Positions 1 through 8,480 are shown, counted from the first letter of the stretch. The stretch: DNA of 19,312 nt from Candidatus Hodarchaeota archaeon (GCA_016839785.1 JAEOTQ010000002.1:1-19312), one strand, 5' to 3'. Translations and numbers: made by a program. Notes: generated by a model from the sequence alone, not told the origin.

Positions 1-211
1 TTCCATCCTCAGCTTGGGCTGCGAGCATAATACAGGATTTTACTGCTTTACCATTGAAAATAATTGTACAGGTACCACATGTTCCTTCTTTACATCCTTT
101 TTTTACCCCTTTATACCCTTCACGCCTAAGAACGTCTAATAAAAGTTCATCGGGTTCAATTGGAATCTCTTTCTTACTATTATTGATAGTTACCCGTAAT
201 ATTTGACTCAT
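1..211 (-). CDS. Xanthine/CO-dehydrogenase-family small [2Fe-2S] subunit (CoxS/CutS/XdhC-like), 3' end truncated by window edge
   Basis: Not in the ORF track; translated by hand from ATG at 211: MSQILRVTINNSKKEIPIEPDELLLDVLRREGYKGVKKGCKEGTCGTCTIIFNGKAVKSCIMLAAQAEDG. It contains the GC-x2-G-x-CG-x-C-x11-C [2Fe-2S] motif. The start overlaps the FAD-subunit stop (ATGA, 208-211) and is preceded by AGGAGG. Confidence 0.95.
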   Translation of the reverse strand, partial: MSQILRVTINNSKKEIPIEPDELLLDVLRREGYKGVKKGCKEGTCGTCTIIFNGKAVKSCIMLAAQAEDG

Positions 212-1044
212 AGTGATTCCTCCTGAAGTTTTTTAAGCATTCGAGTAAAGAGAACACCTAAAATATGCTTGCGATATTCCTTACTTACTCGATAATCGCT
301 TACGATATCAACTGTAGTCTCTAAAATCGTGAGGAGTTGTTTAAAATCGATCTCCTTGACTTTTTGTCCCATTAGAGCTTTTTCTACCTCTGCTAATCGT
401 GTAACTTTTGTGATTCGAGACACTGCTAGCCTTGTATCTGATATCACACCATCTTTCACTTCTGCAGCAAATGCCATTGTCAACCATGTATAATCCACCG
501 TTGTCAGGCAAAATTTTTCATAAGAGTGGAACCAAGAGTTTTTATGAGGAAAACAAACCTTTAGTATTAAATCCCCACCTTTTACACCACCTTTTGCAAA
601 GTGATCAACTGCTGGTAAGGTTATGGTCTCTCCCTGTGGATTTATTATTTCAACTTCAGCATCTAAAGTGAGTAGCACTACAGGTAATCCTGCCCATGTG
701 TACAAACGGGCAATGTTGCCTCCAAGTGTTATGGCATTTCTTAAGGGTGTGTCTCCGATGAATTGACAGGCTTTCTTTAACACACCGTTACCTACCTTGT
801 TTACAACAGGAGAATTGTACATATCAGTGATTGTTGCCGTGGCACCAACTTCAATACTCTCATCCCCACCAGTAATTTCATTCAAACCCAGACGAGTTAT
901 ATCAATGAGCCGAATCGTATTATTCCTGTTCTCTGCTGCTAAATGGGTTCCACCAGCGATATAAGCACTGTGTTCTTGTTCTGCATATAGCGATAAAGCC
1001 TGTGTAATGTCTAAAGGGTACATATATTCTGTTACATTTTTCAT
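208..1044 (-). CDS. Molybdenum hydroxylase FAD-binding (medium) subunit, CoxM/XdhB-like
   Basis: 278 aa with IAGGTHL, VGATAT, LRNAITLGGN and C-terminal SDYRVSKEYRK motifs. Directly upstream of the [2Fe-2S] subunit (M-S order). A GGAGG RBS lies within the Gly codons of the upstream gene. Confidence 0.93.
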   Translation of the reverse strand: MKNVTEYMYPLDITQALSLYAEQEHSAYIAGGTHLAAENRNNTIRLIDITRLGLNEITGGDESIEVGATATITDMYNSPVVNKVGNGVLKKACQFIGDTPLRNAITLGGNIARLYTWAGLPVVLLTLDAEVEIINPQGETITLPAVDHFAKGGVKGGDLILKVCFPHKNSWFHSYEKFCLTTVDYTWLTMAFAAEVKDGVISDTRLAVSRITKVTRLAEVEKALMGQKVKEIDFKQLLTILETTVDIVSDYRVSKEYRKHILGVLFTRMLKKLQEESL

Positions 1045-1050
1045 GTTTCT

Positions 1051-1293
1051 TTAACCTCCGCCAATAGGGAGAGAGATCCAGATATGATCGTTATTTTTTA
1101 GTAAATAATCATGAGAGCTTCGAGTTCCATTTACGATTGGAATAAGAAATTCTAGTTCAGTTTCAAGAAAACCATTTTCTAACAAAACAGTCTTAATCGT
1201 TGTATTATCAGAGAACTCGATAATTTTTTTCCGCTTCTTGCTAGGAAAGGGATTACGGACTGATCCAACTAGCTCTAGTGTGGCAGAATTCAT
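1051..1293 (-). CDS. MoaD/ThiS-family ubiquitin-like sulfur carrier protein
   Basis: 80 aa with beta-grasp-type 'IVNG...LKNNDHIWI' and a C-terminal PIGGG di-glycine. Lies in a Mo-enzyme context. Confidence 0.88.
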   Translation of the reverse strand: MNSATLELVGSVRNPFPSKKRKKIIEFSDNTTIKTVLLENGFLETELEFLIPIVNGTRSSHDYLLKNNDHIWISLPIGGG

Positions 1294-1335
1294 ATTCGAT
1301 CGTACCGTGAACTAAACTGAGAAGATAAGTAAAAA

Positions 1336-1968
1336 TTATAAAGAGTTTTTCCCATTCATAGAATTATCAGAAAATTTGTTCAAATCATTGAGCGTATCTA
1401 GGTCTTTAAGGATTCCAGGATTGTTCGTGGGAAGAAGAACAACTTTATTTCTGTATTTGGTAGTAATTTCCTTAAGTCCTCTTAGTTTTTCGGAAATAGC
1501 TAATATTTCAGCAAAAAGTGTCGATTTGAATAGAATTGGATGCCCTTTTCGATTGTTAAAAGTAGGAATCAGAATATCTGGAGTATTATGAAAAAAATAC
1601 TCAATCATTGCATTGATGGTTCTTGTAGGCATGAGTGGAATATCTGCAGGAGTAATTAGTACCGCATCAGCTTCAGTTACACTTTTTAATCCACTTTTAA
1701 CAGAAGAAGACATGCCTCCAGATATATAATTCTCATTAAATATAGAAATAACTGGGATATGAATGTTGGTTTTGTATTTGTCAATTTTCTCAAGTATTTT
1801 TGCTGATTCATGTCCTGTGACGATGACTATTTTATGTATGTCAGATTTCATGAAAGCAAGTAAAACTGATTCGATAATACTTATTCCAGGATTAAGCTCA
1901 TATAAAAGCTTATTTTGTGTAGAAAATCGTTTTGACTCACCTGCAGCGAGAATTATTCCAGCTATCAT
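1336..1968 (-). CDS. mocA: Molybdenum cofactor cytidylyltransferase-like nucleotidyltransferase (MocA/NTP_transf_3)
   Basis: IILAAGESKRF...NKLL, GMSSSVKSG, PADIP, RKGHPILF and DLDT motifs. Adjacent to xanthine-oxidase-family subunits, which typically use MCD. Confidence 0.85.
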   Translation of the reverse strand: MIAGIILAAGESKRFSTQNKLLYELNPGISIIESVLLAFMKSDIHKIVIVTGHESAKILEKIDKYKTNIHIPVISIFNENYISGGMSSSVKSGLKSVTEADAVLITPADIPLMPTRTINAMIEYFFHNTPDILIPTFNNRKGHPILFKSTLFAEILAISEKLRGLKEITTKYRNKVVLLPTNNPGILKDLDTLNDLNKFSDNSMNGKNSL

Positions 1969-2066
1969 CAGTTCTTCTCTACTTTACCAAATTGATAAAT
2001 ATTTCTGGGTAACAATACAATTTCTATTAAAAGCTATCTCTATTCCCTCCTTTTGATTCGTATCTA

Positions 2067-2074
2067 GCTTTAAA
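2067..2074 (+). promoter_or_regulatory. Putative archaeal TATA box for tex
   Basis: GCTTTAAA lies about 26 nt upstream of ATG 2101. This spacing favours a near-leaderless start at 2101 rather than 2089. Confidence 0.35.
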
Positions 2075-2088
2075 TCGTGTAATCTATC

Positions 2089-4464
2089 ATGTTAACCACA
2101 ATGGACGATTCTACTACTGAAATTATGCAAATGATTGCTGTAATGTTACAGTTATCTCAAAAACAGGTGTCCTCTACTCTTCAATTACTCAATGATGGGA
2201 ATACTGTTCCCTTTATTGCTCGTTATCGGAAAGAGAAAACCCAATCATTAGATGAAACTCAGATTAGAGCAATTGAGGAGAATTATCACGATTTAACACA
2301 GTTACATCTCGAAAGAAAGCGCGTTCATGATGTGGTAGAAGCACAAGGACAATTAACAGAGGAATTAGCCTCCAGCATTTTAAATGCTTCCAGTTTGGCC
2401 GAATTAAAAGAGATCTATAGGCCCTACAAACGAAAAAAGAAGACTAAGGGTTTAGTTGCACGGGAAAAAGGATTGGAACCTCTTGCCGAGATCATATTTG
2501 GAAAAACAGATTTTCCTGAGGGAAAATCATTAATTGAAATTGCAGAGCAATATATAAATTCCGAAGTGGGTGTATCTTCTACTGATGAGGCACTTGAGGG
2601 AGCTAGACATATTATTGCCGAAGATTTGTCAAATTCTACAACTATTCGTGATTTAATTAAGGAAAAATTCTTTAGCAAGGCCTTCTTCACAACAAAAAAA
2701 TCATTATTGTATGAGATGGATGAGGAGGAAGAAGAAACTAATTCGCAAAAAGTTATCCAAGGTAAAAAATATGAACAGTATTTCGAGTTTGAGGAATCTG
2801 CATTAAAAGTTCCTCCTCATCGTTTACTGGCAATGCTACGTGGAGATCGAGAAGGCATTTTGTCGTTTAAAGTAGTATTCCCTGATGAAGTTATTGTTAG
2901 AAAAATTACAGAGATCACCTCTTCTTCTTTGGACAGTAATCCGGAGATAAGTGAGCAGCTTGATCTTGCTATAAACGATAGTTGGAAGCGTTTACTTGGA
3001 CCGAGTTTGCAAAGAGAATTAAAGCGAATCCAATTTGAAAGGGCCCAACAACATTCAATCCAAGTCTTTGGAGAGAACCTAAAGCATTTACTACTTAGTC
3101 CTCCAATCCGATCACGAATTTTAGGGATAGATCCTGCATTTAGAACTGGTTGTAAATATGCTGCAATTGATGAAATGGGTAATGTCCTAGCGAGTGGTAC
3201 TGTTTATCCAACAAAGCCTCATGAGCAATATGAGAAATCAGCTAAAGTATTGAAAGATATAATTCAGAAACACAAGATCTCGATTATAGCAATTGGAAAT
3301 GGCACTGCTTCACGTGAAACTGAAGAATTCGTAAGTAAATATATAGCTAAAGGAACTGATTTAAATTACGTAATTGTGAATGAAGCAGGTGCTTCAGTAT
3401 ATAGTGCAAGCGATATAGCACGAAATGAATTTCCAGATTTAGATGTAAGTATAAGGGGTGCTGTTTCCATTGCCAGAAGATTACTAGATCCATTGGCAGA
3501 GTTGGTAAAAATCGATCCACGATCAATCGGGGTAGGCCAATACCAACATGATCTTGCTGGACTGTCTAAAGCATTAAAGGATGTAGTAGTTGATACTGTA
3601 AATTTAGTAGGTGCTGATGTAAATACTGCATCCGAAGTTTTACTGAAATATGTGAGTGGTATTACTAGTTCAGTAGCCAAAAATATTATCTCATACCGTA
3701 CAGAGAATGGCGCCTTTGTTTACCGTGATGATTTGAAAAGTGTCCCTGGAGTCGGGCCTCGTACGTTCGAGCAAAGTATTGGTTTTTTACGAATACCTGA
3801 CGCCCCAGATCCTTTTGACAACTCTCCTATCCATCCTGAATCCTATGAATTAGCAGAAAGTATCATTAAATTAGCCAAATTTTCGAAAAATGATTTAATT
3901 GCAAAGGAAAACCGGATACGTTTACAAAAACAACTTAAAATGCTTAATCCAACATTCGCAGCAAAACAATTACATCACGAAGATCTACTTGTGACAATTA
4001 CAGATATTATCGAGATCCTCCAAAATCCCTATCGTGATCCGAGAGATGACTTTGATAAACCCCTCCTTAAATCTTCGGTTTTAACGATAGAAGATTTAGA
4101 GGTAGGCAGTGTTGTTGAAGGAACTGTAACCAATGTTACGGATTTTGGCTGTTTTGTTGATCTTGGAGTTAAAACAAATGGCTTAATTCATATAAGCGAA
4201 ATAACAGAGAGCTTCATTAAACATCCTCGTGAAGCGGGATTAAAAGTTGGAGATATAGTAAAACCCCGAGTAAAAGATATTGACTTGGTTAAAAAGAGAA
4301 TTTCCCTTTCTTTGAAAAAAGAGGTAAGTAAAGCTAAAGATAAAGTGAGAAGAACTGCCAGAAGAGGGGATCCGTCCGTTAAACCAGTGAAGAAGCAGAA
4401 ACCTCAAACATTCGAAGATAAGAAAATTGATAGCTTGTTTAAGAACGGGAAAATTCAGTTATGA
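2089..4464 (+). CDS. tex: Tex-family RNA-binding transcription accessory protein (Tex_N, YqgF/RNase H-like, HhH, S1); true start may be 2101
   Basis: GNTVPFIARYRKEKT, YRPYKRKKKT, ILGIDPAFRTGCK, VNEAGASVYSAS, DPLAELVKIDPRSIGVGQYQHD, and S1 domain GTVTNVTDFGCFVDLG...GLIHISE. Confidence 0.96.
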   Translation: MLTTMDDSTTEIMQMIAVMLQLSQKQVSSTLQLLNDGNTVPFIARYRKEKTQSLDETQIRAIEENYHDLTQLHLERKRVHDVVEAQGQLTEELASSILNASSLAELKEIYRPYKRKKKTKGLVAREKGLEPLAEIIFGKTDFPEGKSLIEIAEQYINSEVGVSSTDEALEGARHIIAEDLSNSTTIRDLIKEKFFSKAFFTTKKSLLYEMDEEEEETNSQKVIQGKKYEQYFEFEESALKVPPHRLLAMLRGDREGILSFKVVFPDEVIVRKITEITSSSLDSNPEISEQLDLAINDSWKRLLGPSLQRELKRIQFERAQQHSIQVFGENLKHLLLSPPIRSRILGIDPAFRTGCKYAAIDEMGNVLASGTVYPTKPHEQYEKSAKVLKDIIQKHKISIIAIGNGTASRETEEFVSKYIAKGTDLNYVIVNEAGASVYSASDIARNEFPDLDVSIRGAVSIARRLLDPLAELVKIDPRSIGVGQYQHDLAGLSKALKDVVVDTVNLVGADVNTASEVLLKYVSGITSSVAKNIISYRTENGAFVYRDDLKSVPGVGPRTFEQSIGFLRIPDAPDPFDNSPIHPESYELAESIIKLAKFSKNDLIAKENRIRLQKQLKMLNPTFAAKQLHHEDLLVTITDIIEILQNPYRDPRDDFDKPLLKSSVLTIEDLEVGSVVEGTVTNVTDFGCFVDLGVKTNGLIHISEITESFIKHPREAGLKVGDIVKPRVKDIDLVKKRISLSLKKEVSKAKDKVRRTARRGDPSVKPVKKQKPQTFEDKKIDSLFKNGKIQL

Positions 4465-4521
4465 TTAGAGAATTTTCAGATTACGTCAAATCTCACCCTT
4501 TTTGATTCGTCTTAGCATGCC

Positions 4522-4534
4522 AAATGCTTTTAAG
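4522..4534 (+). promoter_or_regulatory. Putative BRE/TATA-like element upstream of the YhhN-like gene
   Basis: AAATGCTTTTAAG about 50 nt upstream of ATG 4585. A near-identical AATGCTTTTTAA lies upstream of the superoxide reductase gene. Confidence 0.35.
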
Positions 4535-4584
4535 GAGAATTAGCTGTACTCTCTTCCCAATTTAACAAAGAAGGTTTAGATAAA

Positions 4585-5292
4585 ATGATAGAAATTATTT
4601 ACTTAGGCAGTTTTTGGTTCTTTGCGGTACTTTATATTCTTGTGAAAAGTATAAAATCGAATGAAATTACGCTTAACTTTGGGATATTAACCAAACTGTC
4701 CCAATATAGTACAATTGTCAAAATTTTTCCAGCAGGAATAGCAATATTATTTACTTTGTCCGTTGGACATGAATCTATCTATTTATCACTCGTTTTGAGT
4801 ATAGGACTATTTTTTTGTTTGCTGGGAGATCTAGGTATGGAAAAAGGTTTAATTCCAGGCCTCCCTATCTTCTTAATAGCACAAATAATTCTTTTAGTAA
4901 CCTTTACAGGTCAAGCTCTTGAGATTGGAATAGCTACAGACTCTTTGTTATTAAGTGGAATTGTGGCTGTTGGAACCGCAGTATATATTCTCCTCTTTCT
5001 CCGCTATTTAGAATCTTCTGACAAAGGTTTGGGGAAATTTAGAACTCCAGTTTTAATCTATTGTGTATTCATTTCACTCATGTTAACGTCGACTGTTTTA
5101 CTTTGGACTACTTCAAGTGTGGCTGAATTTGGCATTGTTGTGTTTGGGGCATTATTATTTGTGATTTCTGATTCAATAATTGCTGTACGTGAGTTTCACC
5201 ATGATATTTCCTATCGAGAAATCAAAGTCATGAGTACTTATTATACAGCAATATTCCTCCTCTCACTAAGCCCACTTACAATTCTCATTTAA
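4585..5292 (+). CDS. YhhN/TMEM86 (lysoplasmalogenase-like) membrane protein
   Basis: About 8 hydrophobic segments. Family-like motifs: VKIFP, CLLGDLGM...GLPIFLIAQ, PVLIY, GALLFVISDSIIAVREF, STYY. Confidence 0.8.
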   Translation: MIEIIYLGSFWFFAVLYILVKSIKSNEITLNFGILTKLSQYSTIVKIFPAGIAILFTLSVGHESIYLSLVLSIGLFFCLLGDLGMEKGLIPGLPIFLIAQIILLVTFTGQALEIGIATDSLLLSGIVAVGTAVYILLFLRYLESSDKGLGKFRTPVLIYCVFISLMLTSTVLLWTTSSVAEFGIVVFGALLFVISDSIIAVREFHHDISYREIKVMSTYYTAIFLLSLSPLTILI

Positions 5293-5424
5293 GACATGAG
5301 AATCCACTAAGGTCAGCTCAAATTATTTATATTTCCTGAAAATGTAAGTGAATTATTAATCATTTTACTCTTAAATGAAAATATACCTTATGATCTTAGG
5401 ATTGTTTAAATAGAAGGTCATTAT

Positions 5425-8400
5425 ATGGAATTACAAGAAACGAAAGAACCTTTACCAGAAATAATAGGTCACTCTGGTGAATTAAGTACGTTAATAACGG
5501 ATCTAAAGACTGATATCAAAACAGGACTGAGTTCAAGCGAGGCAAACAAACGTCTAGAGGTTTATGGAGAGAATAAAATTCCTCAACCTAAGAAAAGTTT
5601 CTGGAAAGTCTATTTAGCTCCTCTGATGAATACATTGATTGTAATATACCTGTTGATGACTTCATTCATTCTAATGCTAGCGTTAATATATTTTCTATTC
5701 ATCGATCCTAAAGATACTAGCATTTGGTTTACTGCAATACAATGGCTGATCATTGTTGGTGTGAACTTTCTTATAGCAATTATCCAACAACAACGAGCCC
5801 AAAAACAAATCGAAGCATTACATAAAATGTCCGCTCCAGCTGCACGAGTAATTCGTGATGGAAAAGAGATTGAAATCTCAACAGAAATGGTAGTACCAGG
5901 AGATATTGTAATTCTCGCTCAAGGGGATAAAATTCCTGCCGATGCACGAATAATAAACTCGAGTTCTTTCCGTGTAAACGAATCCTCGTTGACTGGGGAA
6001 AGTGTTCCGGCAACAAAGGTTGAAGATGGCAATAAATCTTTTGAACATGACACTGTTATAGGGGAAAGGAAGAATATGGTTTACAATGGCACTTTCGTCA
6101 CTATGGGGTCAGGAAAACTCCTGGTTGTAAACACTGGTGGAAGGACTGAATTTGGAAAAATAAGCTTAGAACTGGCTGAATTGAATACTGGTGAAATTCC
6201 TATACGTCAAAAAGTGAATACTATTGGTAACTACCTTGCTGGAGGGATGATGATCGTATTTAGTCTTTTACTTGTTTATCAAGGTACAGTTATCCTTGAT
6301 AAGCTTGAGAAAGGAATAATTCCTCCTAATGACGCTCAAGCTTTAATTGGCCATATTATCTTTGATATTTCAAACATTATAATCAAAGCGATGTCGGTAG
6401 TACCAATTAACATTCCCCTCTTAACCACAATAATATTGATTACGGGAGTTTTGGCTATGGCTAAACATAGAGTAATCATTCGGAATCTGGCATCAATTGA
6501 GAGTTTAGGAAGAATTTCAATCCTGTGTTCTGACAAGACTGGTACAATCACTGCGGGTCAAATGACTGTAAAAGGAATTTGGAATGCTTCTTCAGATCAG
6601 CATTACTATGTAAGTGGGTTAGGTTATTCTCCAGAGGGTTATATCTCAGAAATTGAGGGAAAAACCCATATCAAAGTATCAGAAAAAGAAGCATTAAATT
6701 TAAAACCTATCGATGTTGATCTAGATTCTTCTCTTGGAATGCTAATTATCTCGGGCATGTTAAATAATGACTCAAACATTACAGAAGAAACTGTAGGAGA
6801 CCAAATAGTGTATGCAGGTACTGGATCTCCTACCGAGTCAGCACTTACGACTCTTTTTAATAAGAGTAAGCTTTCTGAAAAAAGTATTTCAAAAGACTAT
6901 AAGTTGATACGAGAATTTCCATTTGATTCTTCACTGAAACGTATGAGTAAGATTTTTGAAATTGATGGAAAGCCCAGAATATTTTGTAAGGGAGCTACGG
7001 AAGTATTATTGCCTCGTTGTTCGCAAATTGGATATGGAAAAGATAAAAAGAAACTATCGGATGATAATAAAAAGGAAATTATATCTGAAGTTGAAGCAGT
7101 TGCTGAACAAGGTTACCGCGTCCTTTCTTTAACCTATAGAGATCCTAAAAAACTTCCACCAAAAGATGATAAGGAAAGAGATCTAATTGAATCTGATTTG
7201 TGTTATCTCGGTTTCGTAAAAGTATTGGATCCTCCTCGTGATCTGGTAGATGAATCCGTTCAAGAAACTTTAGCTGCAGGAATCACACCTATTATGATTA
7301 CAGGTGATTCACCAATTACTGCGTCTTCTATTGCAATTAGCATTGGCCTTATGCGTCCTAAAGAGCATCAGACACACGAAGGACGGATGGCCACTCTCTT
7401 GAATGATCCTGATTTTCAAAATACCCGTGTCTTTGCCAGAGTAGCACCTCAAGATAAACAAACTATTATACAACGCTATCAGAATCAGAAGAGAGTAGTG
7501 GCTATGACAGGTGATGGTGTAAATGATGCGTTAGCTTTGAGTATGGCTGATGCAGGTATTGCTATGGGGATATCAGGGACAGAAGTTTCTAAACAAGCGG
7601 CAGATCTTGTGATTGCAGATGATTCATTCAATTCAATCGTAACTGGAATTCGAGAAGGGCGTGCTCTTTTTCAACGTATTCGGATAATTATATTCTTCTT
7701 TATAGCAATTAATCTAAGTGAAGCTGCATGCTATATTGGTGCATCGTTCATATCGGGTTTTATCCCAGGTTTTGAACTCATGGATCATATTCAACGGGCG
7801 TACATATTTGGAATTGCACATACATTACCCCCACTTGCGTTGATATTGGATCAAATTCCACGAGGTATAATGAATCGAGCCCCTATCGATTCAGCAGGGA
7901 TTTTCAATCGAAAACTTGCAGTAACTCTTATTGGAGTGGCAGTTAGCCTCGCTAGTGCTATATATCTTGTTTATTTCTCTACTTTCTTTGGTTTCATTCA
8001 ATTAAACGCAACCAATCAACAATTCTATATCCCAGTATTTCACGATGATCCCGGAGTAGCTACAAACAATTTACGGCCCCTTAGCTGGAACCATGCAAAA
8101 GCTCGAACTATGATGCATACTATCCTGTATTTAGCGATTCCTTTAATGATATTATCGATTCGTCGAATTGATGAGTCGTTCATTGATGCAATCAGGAAAG
8201 ATTCGTATTGGATTACCTATCTCTTAGCTTTCTCGATTCTCCCGATCCATCTTTCTCTTATGTATTTTCCAGTGCTTCAGGAGCTAGTTGCAGGAGTCGG
8301 AGTGTATGTTGATATAATTGGACTTTCTCTGGGAGATTGGCTAATCTGTCTAATCGCCGCTTCTGCACCTGTTTTGATTATTGAAGCTGCTAAGTGGGTT

Positions 8401-8427
8401 AACAGAACTCGAGGAGAATATTACTGA
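5425..8427 (+). CDS. P-type ATPase with P2A-like scaffold and non-canonical transport site (substrate unknown)
   Basis: GLSSSEA...YGEN, VPGDIV, IPADAR, ESSLTGES, CSDKTGT (phospho-Asp at 6532), FPFDSSLKRMS, KGATE, DPPR, MITGD, FARVAP and MTGDGVNDA motifs, with about 10 TM segments. M4 reads PINIP instead of PEGLP. Confidence 0.95.
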   Translation: MELQETKEPLPEIIGHSGELSTLITDLKTDIKTGLSSSEANKRLEVYGENKIPQPKKSFWKVYLAPLMNTLIVIYLLMTSFILMLALIYFLFIDPKDTSIWFTAIQWLIIVGVNFLIAIIQQQRAQKQIEALHKMSAPAARVIRDGKEIEISTEMVVPGDIVILAQGDKIPADARIINSSSFRVNESSLTGESVPATKVEDGNKSFEHDTVIGERKNMVYNGTFVTMGSGKLLVVNTGGRTEFGKISLELAELNTGEIPIRQKVNTIGNYLAGGMMIVFSLLLVYQGTVILDKLEKGIIPPNDAQALIGHIIFDISNIIIKAMSVVPINIPLLTTIILITGVLAMAKHRVIIRNLASIESLGRISILCSDKTGTITAGQMTVKGIWNASSDQHYYVSGLGYSPEGYISEIEGKTHIKVSEKEALNLKPIDVDLDSSLGMLIISGMLNNDSNITEETVGDQIVYAGTGSPTESALTTLFNKSKLSEKSISKDYKLIREFPFDSSLKRMSKIFEIDGKPRIFCKGATEVLLPRCSQIGYGKDKKKLSDDNKKEIISEVEAVAEQGYRVLSLTYRDPKKLPPKDDKERDLIESDLCYLGFVKVLDPPRDLVDESVQETLAAGITPIMITGDSPITASSIAISIGLMRPKEHQTHEGRMATLLNDPDFQNTRVFARVAPQDKQTIIQRYQNQKRVVAMTGDGVNDALALSMADAGIAMGISGTEVSKQAADLVIADDSFNSIVTGIREGRALFQRIRIIIFFFIAINLSEAACYIGASFISGFIPGFELMDHIQRAYIFGIAHTLPPLALILDQIPRGIMNRAPIDSAGIFNRKLAVTLIGVAVSLASAIYLVYFSTFFGFIQLNATNQQFYIPVFHDDPGVATNNLRPLSWNHAKARTMMHTILYLAIPLMILSIRRIDESFIDAIRKDSYWITYLLAFSILPIHLSLMYFPVLQELVAGVGVYVDIIGLSLGDWLICLIAASAPVLIIEAAKWVNRTRGEYY

Positions 8428-8480
8428 GGACTGAGATTCCAACTCTACTGAGATCTCATATCCATCATGATGGACCTAGG
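8422..8480. repeat. Cluster of short direct repeats and back-to-back palindromes immediately after the ATPase stop
   Basis: ACTGAG at 8423, 8430 and 8447. Perfect palindromes TGAGATCTCA (8449-8458), TCCATCATGATGGA (8461-8474) and CCTAGG (8475-8480). Confidence 0.5.

Noticed and set aside
432-3680. Antisense ORFs 432-671, 1376-1591, 1763-2056, 2424-2690 and 3366-3680
   Set aside because: They lie opposite well-supported genes and have no motifs; these are shadow ORFs.
5780-6551. Minus-strand ORFs 5780-6016 and 6336-6551
   Set aside because: Antisense to the P-type ATPase, with no independent evidence.
5425-8427. Calling the ATPase a bona fide P4 flippase or a Ca2+-ATPase
   Set aside because: TGES, M5 NxxE and overall P2A-like motifs argue against true P4, and no CDC50-like partner is visible. 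Loss of the E309, N796 and D800 equivalents argues against Ca2+ transport.
8422-8455. ACTGAG repeats as a mini-CRISPR
   Set aside because: Repeats are 6-8 bp with irregular 1-11 bp spacing, and there are no cas genes.
8400-8478. Possible TAG (pyrrolysine) readthrough of the 97-aa ORF
   Set aside because: The extension runs antisense into the ATPase 3' end, and there is no homology or pyl context.
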